25,210 nucleotides of DNA, taken from the IMG/VR virus record IMGVR_UViG_3300039180_000041, positions 1 to 25,210 of that record; one strand, 5' to 3'. The position numbers were made by a program, and so were the translations under genes. Below are positions 1 to 9,310 of this stretch, piece by piece. The notes under the pieces are model-generated. The model saw only the letters and a program-made list of their open reading frames with translations, was not told the DNA's origin and made no database searches. The stretch is from a virus (taxonomy: Duplodnaviria; Caudoviricetes). Position 1 is the stretch's first letter. Each line of letters starts with the position of its first letter.

Positions 1-421
1 CATCGAAGATTTTACTTGGATTACTATACACGTTACGTATGATATGCGTGTAAGAACGTGAGTGAATAGTTTCACTGAACGTCCACGTTTGAATCCAATT
101 CTCAATCTCTGGTAAAGATACGATAGGTGAGAATGCTTCAACTGGCGCTCTGCCTTGAACACTATCAAGCAATATCTGTCTCTTTAGATTACTTGTGAAA
201 ATGTGTTGCTCATGCTCAGTTAGCCCACGAAAGTCTTTACTATCTTGGGTAACATCAACTTCTTCTGGTCGCCAAAAGAAACCTAACTGCTTCTCAGTCA
301 GCTTATCAAACGTTTTGTATTTTAGAGTGTCATATCTCTGGATGGTTGGACCACCGCTTGGATCAAAAAACGCTAAAACTTTAGTATGGTCTGCCTTGTT
401 GGCAGTATCAAAAACACTCAT
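1..421 (-). CDS. nrdB: ribonucleotide reductase class Ia beta subunit (N-terminal part; runs off window)
   Basis: Not in the ORF track. Manual translation from ATG at 421 gives [57 protein letters not shown]..., which has the NrdB QRYD and FFWRPEEVD motifs. Lies directly downstream of nrdA. Confidence 0.96.
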   Translation of the reverse strand, partial: MSVFDTANKADHTKVLAFFDPSGGPTIQRYDTLKYKTFDKLTEKQLGFFWRPEEVDVTQDSKDFRGLTEHEQHIFTSNLKRQILLDSVQGRAPVEAFSPIVSLPEIENWIQTWTFSETIHSRSYTHIIRNVYSNPSKIFD

Positions 422-450
422 TTATATCCCTCTACAATATGCGTATAGTT

Positions 451-479
451 AATATAACATGCCCCGAAGGGCATGTCAA
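451..479 (-). promoter_or_regulatory. sigma70-type promoter for nrdB overlapping a C(UUCG)G hairpin
   Basis: TTGACA(479-474)-17 nt-TATATT(456-451) with a TGn extension. Perfect stem ACATGCCC-TTCG-GGGCATGT at 457-476. Confidence 0.75.
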
Positions 480-482
480 GTA

Positions 483-2804
483 CTATATTTTGCAAGACTC
501 ACAATCTTCGTCATCAATGTCAGATTGCTCCAGTTCGGGCAATTCGCCCATCATTTTACCGACATCAAGTTCGCCTTGACCGTCATTCGTATTAAAATAA
601 TACAACTGCTTACCGCCATACTTGTAGAACATTAGCATGTGTTGTAGCATAGTACTCATAGGAATCTTCTCATCTTCAAAGAAAATGGGATTATAACTAG
701 TGTTGATACTAATGCCTTGATCGATATACTTTTGCAGTACTGCCATAATTTTCAAGTAACCCTCTGGAGACTTTTGGTCCCACAATAAGTCGTACTTGTT
801 CTTCAGACGCTTGTACTCAGGAACAACCTGCTTCAATACTCCATGCTTTGACTGCTTCACTGATATCAATGAACGAGGCGGTTCAATACCATTTGTAGCG
901 TTAGCGATCTGTGCTGAAGTCTCTGCTGGCATAAGAGCCATTAGTGTGCTGTTACGAATACCAGTATCTTTCAACTGCTCACGTAATGTTGTCCAATCCA
1001 TACGCTCAACGTGTGGAATTAACTCATCTAGGTCTTTCTTGTATGTCTGATTAGGTGTAATACCATGACCATACTTAGTCTCCATATTACCTGATGGTGC
1101 ACCAAACTCTACTGCCAGATCGGCACTTGCTTTGATTAGATAGTATGACCATGCTTCTGCGTACTCATCTACTAACTGTAAACCTTTGCTATCAATATTC
1201 TGATATGTTAGATCATGTTTAGCAAGCCAATAGGCAAAGTTAATAATACCAACACCAAGAGGTCTACGTTTCTCTGTACTCAGTTGAGCGGCAAGAATAG
1301 GATAGTTCTGATAACTCAACAGTGCATCGAGTCCACATACTGCTAAACGACAAACACGTTCAAAGTCTGCTGGTGATTTGATGTTACCCCAGTTGATAGC
1401 ACTTAACGTACACAGTGAGATTTCACCTTCTGGATCATCTAATGACTTAAGAGGCTTAGTAGGTAGATCAATCTCTGCACATAAGTTCGACTGGCGAATA
1501 GGTGCTAACTCAGCAATGAAGCTACCGTGATCGTTTGCGTTATCTACGTTCTGTAGATAGATGCGACCAGTGTTCTTACGCTCTTCCATGAATGAACTGA
1601 ATAGATCACTTGCTTTGACAACCTTCTTACGTAGTCGTGTGTTGCGTTCTGCACGTTCATATAGTTCACGGAACTTATCTTGATCCACAAAGAATGCATC
1701 GAATAGTCCTGGAACATCACTAGGCGAGAACAATGTAATATCACCACCAGAGATCAAACGCTCGTACATCAATTTATTGAACTGTACACCGTAATCCATA
1801 TGACGAACACGGTTCTCTTCTGTGCCCTTATTGTTCTTCAACACTAACATGTCTTCTACTTCAAGATGCCAGATTGGATAGTAGATAGTTGCCGCACCAC
1901 CACGAACACCACCTTGTGAACATGACTTAACAGCAGACTGGAAATGCTTATAGAATGGAATGATGCCTGTGTGAAAAGCATCACCCTTACGAATGGGTGA
2001 ACCAATCGCACGGATGTTACCACCACCAATACCGATGCCAGCTTTCTGACTTACGTATTTCACAACAGATGCCGCAGTAGCATTGATGCTATCTAAACTG
2101 TCATCCGTTTCAATGAGTACGCAACTACTAAACTGTCGCTGTGGTGTACGCACCCCTGCCATAACAGGTGTAGGCAAACTAATGTCGTGCAAACTAATAG
2201 CATCATAGTATTCCTTTATCCAACTCATTCGTGTGTTTACTGGGTAATCTTGAAACAAAGAACATGCAATAAGAATATAACACATCTGAGGAGTTTCGAA
2301 GATATCGCCACTCACTCTGTTCTGCACTAGATATTTACCACGTAACTGTTCCATAGCTACATAAGTTAGATTCTCATCTCTTTCATGTTTGATAAAAGTG
2401 TCAATTTTTGCCCACTCTTCATCATCGTATTTTGTAACCAACTCTTCGTCATAGAACCCATTAGCAGTATTCCTATCAACTAACTCTTTAACTGGACATG
2501 GCGTGTATCTGCCATATACCTCTTTACGTAAAGAATAGTTTATAAGCCTTCCACCAACGTATTGGTAGTTAGGAGTTTCTTCGCTAATAAGATCAGCGGC
2601 TGCCTTGATTAGAGTTTCTTGTATTTCTTTCGAAGTCATTCCGTTGTAGAATTGGATCTGACTCTTAATCTCTACTTCGCTTGGGCTAACACCAGTTATA
2701 TCTTCACATGCATGAAATACTACTTTGTGCAACTTCTCGATATCGAGTGCTTCTTTAGTTCCATTTCGCTTATTAACTTGAATCATTTGCTTTTCCTGTT
2801 CCAT
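483..2804 (-). CDS. nrdA: ribonucleotide reductase class Ia alpha subunit with N-terminal ATP cone
   Basis: VNKRNG ATP cone, QFSSCVL, QSNLCAEI (catalytic Cys), LMPAETSAQI and C-terminal CESCKI. The true start may be MIQVNK at 2786, which has AGGA upstream. Confidence 0.98.
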   Translation of the reverse strand: MEQEKQMIQVNKRNGTKEALDIEKLHKVVFHACEDITGVSPSEVEIKSQIQFYNGMTSKEIQETLIKAAADLISEETPNYQYVGGRLINYSLRKEVYGRYTPCPVKELVDRNTANGFYDEELVTKYDDEEWAKIDTFIKHERDENLTYVAMEQLRGKYLVQNRVSGDIFETPQMCYILIACSLFQDYPVNTRMSWIKEYYDAISLHDISLPTPVMAGVRTPQRQFSSCVLIETDDSLDSINATAASVVKYVSQKAGIGIGGGNIRAIGSPIRKGDAFHTGIIPFYKHFQSAVKSCSQGGVRGGAATIYYPIWHLEVEDMLVLKNNKGTEENRVRHMDYGVQFNKLMYERLISGGDITLFSPSDVPGLFDAFFVDQDKFRELYERAERNTRLRKKVVKASDLFSSFMEERKNTGRIYLQNVDNANDHGSFIAELAPIRQSNLCAEIDLPTKPLKSLDDPEGEISLCTLSAINWGNIKSPADFERVCRLAVCGLDALLSYQNYPILAAQLSTEKRRPLGVGIINFAYWLAKHDLTYQNIDSKGLQLVDEYAEAWSYYLIKASADLAVEFGAPSGNMETKYGHGITPNQTYKKDLDELIPHVERMDWTTLREQLKDTGIRNSTLMALMPAETSAQIANATNGIEPPRSLISVKQSKHGVLKQVVPEYKRLKNKYDLLWDQKSPEGYLKIMAVLQKYIDQGISINTSYNPIFFEDEKIPMSTMLQHMLMFYKYGGKQLYYFNTNDGQGELDVGKMMGELPELEQSDIDDEDCESCKI

Positions 2805-2851
2805 ATGTAAACAGGACGGACCATCATGCCTGACAGCCAGTCCTGTATATC

Positions 2852-3532
2852 CTATTTATTAATGTATTGTGTAATCATAGGAAAAATGCGTGACACTGCC
2901 ATGCCAATTTCTCTTGCAAGTTCCATGTGTTCTTTTTGTGTTCCGTGACCAGATCGTAATTCCACATAATGAATCCATGATCTAATCGTGCCATTTGCGT
3001 ACAAACGAGATACTGTATTACCCTCAGGTAAGATTGATCTCGCTTGCTCTTTTGCGATGCCATTATCCACTGCCCATTTGTAAGCAATTTTGGTCTCGTG
3101 TATAATCATCTGCTGTTTCATGCGCCAGGCTTTTTTAAGCTCTTCGTCATCACAGTCAATAGAGTTCTGTCTATTTGATGGATCTTGAAGTCTAGCTTCA
3201 CGAATAACAAAGGAGTTTTCCATAGCTTCTGGATCAGCATATCTCTGAGAGAATTCCTGAAATGAGAACGACCTGTGACGCAGGAACTGCCTAGCGATGT
3301 CACGTGTAGTCTCTACTTCAATAGTAGCTGATGCCATTTCAAATGGACTCCAATGTTTATGCTTTACCAAATAATTTAACAACTTCTCGCTACTCGCTAA
3401 GTTCATCTGTCCTTGCGGGTTAGATACCTTAGCGCAGTAAGCGATCATATCTTCAATATTCTTTAAACCATGCTCTAACCCATCTACAGCGTATTTTACA
3501 GGCTGTGTATGACCAATCAACTTTGCTTTCAT
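2852..3532 (-). CDS. thyX: FAD-dependent thymidylate synthase
   Basis: HWSPFE and the ThyX motif RQFLRHRSFSFQEFSQRY; EQARSILP. Confidence 0.97.
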   Translation of the reverse strand: MKAKLIGHTQPVKYAVDGLEHGLKNIEDMIAYCAKVSNPQGQMNLASSEKLLNYLVKHKHWSPFEMASATIEVETTRDIARQFLRHRSFSFQEFSQRYADPEAMENSFVIREARLQDPSNRQNSIDCDDEELKKAWRMKQQMIIHETKIAYKWAVDNGIAKEQARSILPEGNTVSRLYANGTIRSWIHYVELRSGHGTQKEHMELAREIGMAVSRIFPMITQYINK

Positions 3533-3547
3533 CTTATATTGTTCCTC

Positions 3548-3979
3548 TTATAATCTAGATTTGATAAATTTTCCCATGAGAAGTTTTACAGCTACCGTAT
3601 TAGGTAAAAACATCCATCGTGAGAATATATAGGCTTTCTTCTCCAACGCTTCCTTAGTAACAAACTTCTTCTGTATGTTGTCCGCATATTCACCATCATA
3701 TCTCAGTACAGCGTGACCACGATCAGGCGTTTCGATATAGCAGTAACAAACTTTTGCTTTACGTGATATGAGGTTCCACCAGAACTTCACATAACTCTCG
3801 CCTGAGATATGCCATAATAGAGTGAGTGCGAAATCTTCACAATCTCCTTCTAACGTACCTTTAGCGGTTTCTTCTCGCATGATGAACCATGCGTCCCGTG
3901 ATGCGTACTGCTCAGTATCATACCGATACTTAAATTTCTTTCCAAGGCTCTTTACTAATTCTTCTTTATTCATTAACAT
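3548..3979 (-). CDS. putative transglutaminase-like cysteine protease (BTLCP/peptidase C93-like)
   Basis: GDCEDFA...GHAVL...YADN matches the order and context of the BTLCP Cys-His-Asp triad. Overlaps the primase stop codon. Confidence 0.65.
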   Translation of the reverse strand: MLMNKEELVKSLGKKFKYRYDTEQYASRDAWFIMREETAKGTLEGDCEDFALTLLWHISGESYVKFWWNLISRKAKVCYCYIETPDRGHAVLRYDGEYADNIQKKFVTKEALEKKAYIFSRWMFLPNTVAVKLLMGKFIKSRL

Positions 3980-5022
3980 TTTCTCCAGTAGCTGAGTTGT
4001 AGTTTACCATCCAATCCGTGGAACGTGTTGTTGTCTATGATCAACTCTAAATCAGCTTGATTCATATTAGATAATATCATATCATTGATGTCATTGTCAA
4101 GTAGTTTCTCTGGCCAAATGCAAACTTTATATCCTTTATCAATACACTTCTCCATACGAGCAACGATCTCTTTGTTTCGAGGCTCATTGTCAAATATGAA
4201 TACAGCATTCTCAGTGTTATTTAGTCCACTTGCATTACCGTCTGCACCTGCCATAGCAACAGCATTGTTCAAGAAGAGACTGTCTATAGGTCCCTCAACT
4301 ACATAGTACTTCTTCGTAAAATCAACATCGTTTAACCCAAACATCTTTGGCATTGAATCATCAATCATTATAGTTATATAGCGTAACTCCTCATTACCAA
4401 GCGCACGAGCATTGAAGCCAAATACATTACCACCCTTATCGATGAATGGCATGATTAGTCTAGGTCGATCTCTCTCAACTACAGGAAGTTTACCTGGAAT
4501 GATAGAGTTTACCCACTCATTAAACTTAGGAGCATAGTATAATTTATACTGCACCGATGCTGGGATTAGACGTTTTTGTAAATATATTTTGACTCTGTGG
4601 TCATGCTGTAACTGAGACACCTTCTTAATTTTTAGCAGAGGTGAGCCCTTCTTACGAAAGTTTGGAGCTTTCATCTGCAACTTATCTAATGGTTTAATGG
4701 GTGTAGGTTTAGTAGCGTAAAGTTCTCGCTTCTTCTCTCTGTCCATCGCTGTGTCTATTATGTATTCATTGTATAGATTGTGATCGTAGAACTTCAAAAA
4801 GTTACGCAAGCTATGTGATGCGTTACAGTTATGACAATAGTAAATGGCAGAATTCTCTTTCTCAAGGATCCAGCCTCTAGCTTTTGTTTTGTTCTTTTGA
4901 GAATCACCACAGATTGGACATCTGAAGTTTGCTCTATAGGGAGCACTAGCCTTTACTGCGAATCTATCTAACCGTGTAGACAAGATACCAGTAAACTTTA
5001 AGTCTGTAACATTCATTAACAA
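3973..5022 (-). CDS. T4-like DNA primase gp61
   Basis: Zn-finger NFRCPICGDS...YYCHNC, TOPRIM VVEGPIDSLF, FDNEPRN and NDINDM. Confidence 0.96.
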   Translation of the reverse strand: MLMNVTDLKFTGILSTRLDRFAVKASAPYRANFRCPICGDSQKNKTKARGWILEKENSAIYYCHNCNASHSLRNFLKFYDHNLYNEYIIDTAMDREKKRELYATKPTPIKPLDKLQMKAPNFRKKGSPLLKIKKVSQLQHDHRVKIYLQKRLIPASVQYKLYYAPKFNEWVNSIIPGKLPVVERDRPRLIMPFIDKGGNVFGFNARALGNEELRYITIMIDDSMPKMFGLNDVDFTKKYYVVEGPIDSLFLNNAVAMAGADGNASGLNNTENAVFIFDNEPRNKEIVARMEKCIDKGYKVCIWPEKLLDNDINDMILSNMNQADLELIIDNNTFHGLDGKLQLSYWRKC

Positions 5023-5052
5023 CTCCGATGTAGTAATTCAACTGTTAAGTCT

Positions 5053-5080
5053 ATTATACACGAATGGTGCTGGATGTCAA
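5053..5080 (-). promoter_or_regulatory. sigma70-type promoter upstream of primase
   Basis: TTGACA(5080-5075)-16 nt-TATAAT(5058-5053) in an intergenic gap. Confidence 0.75.
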
Positions 5081-5083
5081 GTC

Positions 5084-5548
5084 TTATTTACTGAAATATT
5101 CCATTATTAATTCTGTTTCGAATCCTATCATCACACCGATGCCCCAAGCACCACCCATAATGATCCACTTCCATCGCTCTAACTGCTCAATTCGACCTGT
5201 CATATTAGTGATATAGACTTCGCTTCGATCATCATGCTCTTTGAGAAAGTCCATAAGGGTGTTCATATTCTGCTTAGATAGCTCTCTAGTCTCAGCTTCT
5301 TTCTCGGATATGCGTTGATGTATTAGCTCAATCGCCTTTTCCTCAACCCTAGTCATTTCAGAAATGACCTTATCTGTGTCATTGTGCTTGCTGTCGTGAA
5401 CAGCTAATATCGAGGCTATACCATTAGTAGCGTCTGCGATCTTATCGATAGCAGTATCTAGTCTGGTTAGTAGTCCTTGAATATTCGACACATCTTTCTT
5501 CAGTATTTCCACATCCGTACGGACTAGGTTGATATTATCTTCAGCCAT
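5084..5548 (-). CDS. coiled-coil protein with C-terminal transmembrane segment
   Basis: Heptad-rich body followed by hydrophobic WKWIIMGGAWGIGVMIG. Function unknown. Confidence 0.7.
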   Translation of the reverse strand: MAEDNINLVRTDVEILKKDVSNIQGLLTRLDTAIDKIADATNGIASILAVHDSKHNDTDKVISEMTRVEEKAIELIHQRISEKEAETRELSKQNMNTLMDFLKEHDDRSEVYITNMTGRIEQLERWKWIIMGGAWGIGVMIGFETELIMEYFSK

Positions 5549-5557
5549 CTGAAATCT

Positions 5558-6109
5558 TTATCCTTTAGGTGGAATTGTATCTTTGAATCTCTTCAAGACG
5601 CTATTCGCATTTTTTTTCTTCTTCTGAGTTCTAGGCGATACACCTGGTTCACCGTCTGCACCTACTCCGATGCCTGCAATATTACCACCACCTGCGCTGT
5701 TTGCTGGTGCGTCTTCGTCCCACATAGCCTCGAATAGTGCGTCCATATCCTGATGTGTTGCGCTTACTTGTTCCATGTAGTTACTTATCTTAGTCTCAAG
5801 TTGCTCTTCCGTGAGCATTTCTCCCTGAGATATTATCTCATCGTGTTCTTTGATGAGATATAATGCGGCTGCATATGAGCCGATTCTTGACTTACCGCCA
5901 GGTACTTTCTCTAGCAGTCTTTTGAGTTTCATGATCATGATATCAAAGATACCAAACGAATCTTTCTGTTCTCTAGTAGTGAACTTACTACGCTTGATCA
6001 ATTGCTTGCCTGACTCATCAATGATGCCAAGCTTGTACGCCTTCCATTCAGCGAAGGGAGTACTCAATCGCTTGATAAACTGAAAGACTAGAAATAGATC
6101 AACAATCAT
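5558..6109 (-). CDS. conserved T4-like phage hypothetical protein
   Basis: FIKRLSTPF..W.AY.LGIID..G N-terminus of a type seen in T4-like phages. 4-nt overlap with the upstream ORF. Gly-rich DAPANSAGGGNIAG tail. Confidence 0.7.
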   Translation of the reverse strand: MIVDLFLVFQFIKRLSTPFAEWKAYKLGIIDESGKQLIKRSKFTTREQKDSFGIFDIMIMKLKRLLEKVPGGKSRIGSYAAALYLIKEHDEIISQGEMLTEEQLETKISNYMEQVSATHQDMDALFEAMWDEDAPANSAGGGNIAGIGVGADGEPGVSPRTQKKKKNANSVLKRFKDTIPPKG

Positions 6110-6480
6110 AACGCTCTTAACTCTTTTATTATATGTTCGTCCAAAGGTATTTCTGAACTTATTATCTTATTACTTCCGTACTCTATAATGTCAGGCATAT
6201 AGCCTAGCATAATGACAAATGGCTTTAGTGACTTATGATAGTCTTCTAGTTTGAAGAATAACATTGGTGTAGCCTCTGCACCGAAACAGTTAAAAATTAC
6301 AGTCAAGTGGTTGATAATCAATCTCACTTTGAGATCATCATCTTCCTCGTATCTCTTAAACAGTCTCTTTAGATGCTGAAATCGTTTTAAATCATCATAG
6401 AATTCATCAGCAGATGCCGCCATTCGTATATCATAATACTTAGCCGCATATAGCAAAAAGCTATCTTCTTCAAGTTTCAT
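6106..6480 (-). CDS. conserved T4-like phage hypothetical protein
   Basis: FLLYAAKYY...EFYDDLKRF...RLIINHL motifs, RBS AGGTG and an upstream late promoter. Confidence 0.7.
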   Translation of the reverse strand: MKLEEDSFLLYAAKYYDIRMAASADEFYDDLKRFQHLKRLFKRYEEDDDLKVRLIINHLTVIFNCFGAEATPMLFFKLEDYHKSLKPFVIMLGYMPDIIEYGSNKIISSEIPLDEHIIKELRAL

Positions 6481-6530
6481 ATTTTATTCACCTTTAGTTT
6501 AATACACACAAGAGCCTTAGCTCTCCAATA

Positions 6531-6538
6531 TATTTATA
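6531..6538 (-). promoter_or_regulatory. T4-type late promoter TATAAATA
   Basis: Exact consensus, intergenic, ~50 nt upstream of the ORF starting at 6480. Confidence 0.75.
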
Positions 6539-6599
6539 ACTAAAATATGGACGTTGATTGGAGATATTAACACCAACCAACGTCATAGTTTCATTCAAA

Positions 6600-7754
6600 T
6601 TAAGCTGACTGAGTAGCTACTACTTCGCTTGAAGTCAAGTCTTGAGCCGCTGTAGCACTTACAACACAACGATACTTCTTACCAGCTAAGTTATTAGTGG
6701 TTCCAGTAATAGTCATTGTTGCAGTTGTTACGTTGGTGTAGATACCAGATGCAGAGATGTTAGATCCATCTTCTTGCCACTGATATGCTCGACCTGTGTT
6801 TCCAGGTAGTGCAGTTGCAACTACAGAAAGTATGATGTCTGCGTCATTAGCAAGATCGACTGTTGCGGCTGATTGTAGAGGCTGAGTAGTGATTGATACT
6901 TGTCTATCGAACAACAATGCATCATCAGTTCCATCAACACCAACATCGCCAGCAGTTGCGGCAGTTACTTTCATCGGTACGATATTCTCAATCATGTTTC
7001 GTGTTACACCGTCTGCGGCTGTAAGAGTGTGAGTTCCTACGCCTACGACTGTAAGTGCTTTAAGACCAGTTGCTCCACCAGTAATCGCTTGTGCGGATGT
7101 GCCGTACAGCTTAATCATGCCAGGACCAACGTTATGCACATAAGCTACAGCGCCGTCTGTTAGACCAGTTACGATTGTTTGACCACCTCTAGAGTAAGTC
7201 ACTGTGCTACCATTGATCAGTACAGTTTGATTGCCAACGCTAATAACGTTATCAGCCAGACTAACACCCACAGCAGTAGAATCAAAAGATAATACTGTTG
7301 CTGGTACTGCTTTAGTAGAGTATGTGTTCCAACCTGGAGTTTTAAGTCCTTTAACACGGTTAGTCGATAAGCTCGCTTCAGTAGTATCGATGAAGTATTG
7401 ATCATCAGGTACTTTAACAAAGTTATGACCTGCGCCAACTCCAACACCAGTAAGTCCTTTAAGACCTGTTGATGCGTGACCTGTAACAGCGTTTACTTTA
7501 GTAGTGTACAACTTGATAGTATCTGCGTCAACTCGGTTAACGAATACGGTAGCCGCATCAGTCAAACCAGTGATAACAGTACCACCATTGTCATTGTATA
7601 CGACCGCATCGCCAGTAAGATAGCTGTGACCTGGTAGTTTAATTGTATTTGATGCAAGAATAACCACTGAGGTTGCAGTTGCGTCAAATGATGTCGTTTT
7701 TGTATATACTGCTGGCGTTGCCGCCAAAGTATCTACTGTTCCCCATAATGCCAT
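6600..7754 (-). CDS. virion surface/decoration protein with two internal beta-rich repeats and a C-terminal Ig-like domain (Hoc-like)
   Basis: Thr/Ala/Gly/Val-rich. Two ~90-aa repeats (ITGLTDAA..IKLY / VTGLTDGA..IKLY). C-terminal ITTQP...AYQWQ...YRCVVS Ig pattern. Strong RBS and late promoter. Confidence 0.7.
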   Translation of the reverse strand: MALWGTVDTLAATPAVYTKTTSFDATATSVVILASNTIKLPGHSYLTGDAVVYNDNGGTVITGLTDAATVFVNRVDADTIKLYTTKVNAVTGHASTGLKGLTGVGVGAGHNFVKVPDDQYFIDTTEASLSTNRVKGLKTPGWNTYSTKAVPATVLSFDSTAVGVSLADNVISVGNQTVLINGSTVTYSRGGQTIVTGLTDGAVAYVHNVGPGMIKLYGTSAQAITGGATGLKALTVVGVGTHTLTAADGVTRNMIENIVPMKVTAATAGDVGVDGTDDALLFDRQVSITTQPLQSAATVDLANDADIILSVVATALPGNTGRAYQWQEDGSNISASGIYTNVTTATMTITGTTNNLAGKKYRCVVSATAAQDLTSSEVVATQSA

Positions 7755-7792
7755 TTTCTTTCTCCTTATTAAATGGATAATTTACTTAGTAG

Positions 7793-7800
7793 TATTTATA
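7793..7800 (-). promoter_or_regulatory. T4-type late promoter TATAAATA
   Basis: Exact consensus upstream of the RBS AAGGAG and the ORF starting at 7754. Confidence 0.8.
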
Positions 7801-7805
7801 TAATT

Positions 7806-9308
7806 TTACTGTACGTAACAGTTTAGTTCGTATTTTGCGCCCATGTTATAGACTTGTATCTGTAAGATTTTTCTGACAGGTTTTCCGCCCTTTAGTAGCT
7901 TAATGCTGTAAGAGTTGGTCTTATCTTTGCTAGGCTTTTTAGGACCTGTAGCAACTTTATTAGACCAGTCATCTTCGTCAACATCAAAACCTTGCTTCTT
8001 AGCAACTGCAATAGCTTCTTGCACTGCGGCTGAGAACGTGCTATGATACAGCTTGTACGATGGAGCTTCTTCTAAAGTCTCTTCTTTCATGAGATACGCA
8101 TCAACACCACCAGTAGATTTCAGCTTCCACTGCTTGGCTGCCTTCTGCGCTGCCGCATATGAAGTAGGGGCTGTAACAACAACCTTACCCTTTCTAGCAT
8201 GAACTACAGTATACGTTAAATCTTTGCCTTCGTCAAGCTCTAATTCCTCATTCTGTCTCTTAAGTACAGCCATAACTTGTGGCTGTGAAGATAGACCCTT
8301 CTTCAGCTTCTCAATAGCTTTAGTAGCACCTGTCATGTTAACACCAGCATATCGCTTATCTGATGCAATGCCAATTGCCATTTTGATTTCTCGCTGAGAG
8401 AACCCTTCGTCTAATTCTACTTCTTCAGTAAAATGTACTGGGACAGAGATAGTGCCTCTCTTAGGATCAAATACTAGAAGACTTTCTTTGCCCTTTGCAG
8501 TGCCTTTAAAGTCATTGTGCGTCTTACGGAAGTTTGCTTTGCTAATATGAGCAACACCTTTGACCATCTTATGCTTCATGGCTTCTACCATGATCATCTC
8601 GTGATCAAGACTATTGTCTTCTTTTAGCTGTGCCTTAAGTTTTTCGATTTTCTTCTGGATAGCAACTTTCTTCATTTTAACTGAAGATGTGTTACCAAAG
8701 AAGGTCTTCATGTACTTCTCAGCTTGATCGATCTGCTTCTGGATTTTTACTTTATCTACGTTAGCAGACAACGTGTCCTGATAGCCATACTCATCAAGAT
8801 TAGACTCATTCAACTTTTTGACTGTAAGAGTTCCTGTTGGACCTTTATTTGCCATTGGATCACCTAAAGCTTTAGCGCCTTTGGTCAAAGCTTCTGATGT
8901 ATTACGAGCTTTAACTTTAACAGTCTGACCCTTCTTTAGCTTATTGATTCCCTTAGCAACTGTAACTTCCCATGTTGCTTGGGCAGCTTCGTCTAGTTCA
9001 ACTTCTTCTTTGAAAGTCTTAAGTGTCATGATCATGTCTTTGTATGATTTGCCCATAGCATCCTGCATCTTAACTTTGGAATCTGGCTTACGCACTTTAG
9101 CGAACTTATCTAGGGCAATCTTCATGATGTTCATAGGAATCTTCTGCGACTTACCGTCAGCAAATTTGATAGCCATGTTACCACGAACGTCCATAGATTT
9201 ACGCAACTGCATGACAATGTTTAACTTAGCCGAAGCTTTGTCCTTGTCAGTTGCGACCAAATCGTCATCAGCTGGATCATACTTAGCTTCGTTAATATCT
9301 CCAGACAT
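7806..9308 (-). CDS. modular Lys-rich protein, candidate internal-head polyprotein
   Basis: Basic ~50-100 aa modules separated by EEVELDE (x2), EELELDE, ESNLDE and EETLEE linkers. Confidence 0.7.
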   Translation of the reverse strand: MSGDINEAKYDPADDDLVATDKDKASAKLNIVMQLRKSMDVRGNMAIKFADGKSQKIPMNIMKIALDKFAKVRKPDSKVKMQDAMGKSYKDMIMTLKTFKEEVELDEAAQATWEVTVAKGINKLKKGQTVKVKARNTSEALTKGAKALGDPMANKGPTGTLTVKKLNESNLDEYGYQDTLSANVDKVKIQKQIDQAEKYMKTFFGNTSSVKMKKVAIQKKIEKLKAQLKEDNSLDHEMIMVEAMKHKMVKGVAHISKANFRKTHNDFKGTAKGKESLLVFDPKRGTISVPVHFTEEVELDEGFSQREIKMAIGIASDKRYAGVNMTGATKAIEKLKKGLSSQPQVMAVLKRQNEELELDEGKDLTYTVVHARKGKVVVTAPTSYAAAQKAAKQWKLKSTGGVDAYLMKEETLEEAPSYKLYHSTFSAAVQEAIAVAKKQGFDVDEDDWSNKVATGPKKPSKDKTNSYSIKLLKGGKPVRKILQIQVYNMGAKYELNCYVQ

Positions 9309-9310
9309 TT

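Noticed and set aside
483-2804. Intron, intein or homing endonuclease in nrdA or other core genes
   Set aside because: The ORFs are continuous and of normal length, with no splicing motifs seen.
2811-2846. Inverted repeat ACAGGAC/GTCCTGT between thyX and nrdA
   Set aside because: 7-bp stem with a large loop and no clear U-tract; function cannot be supported.
6550-6584. Imperfect inverted repeat GACGTTGATTGG/CCAACCAACGTC after the Hoc-like gene
   Set aside because: Could be a terminator or stabiliser, but it lacks an immediate U-tract and is ordinary for an intergenic gap.
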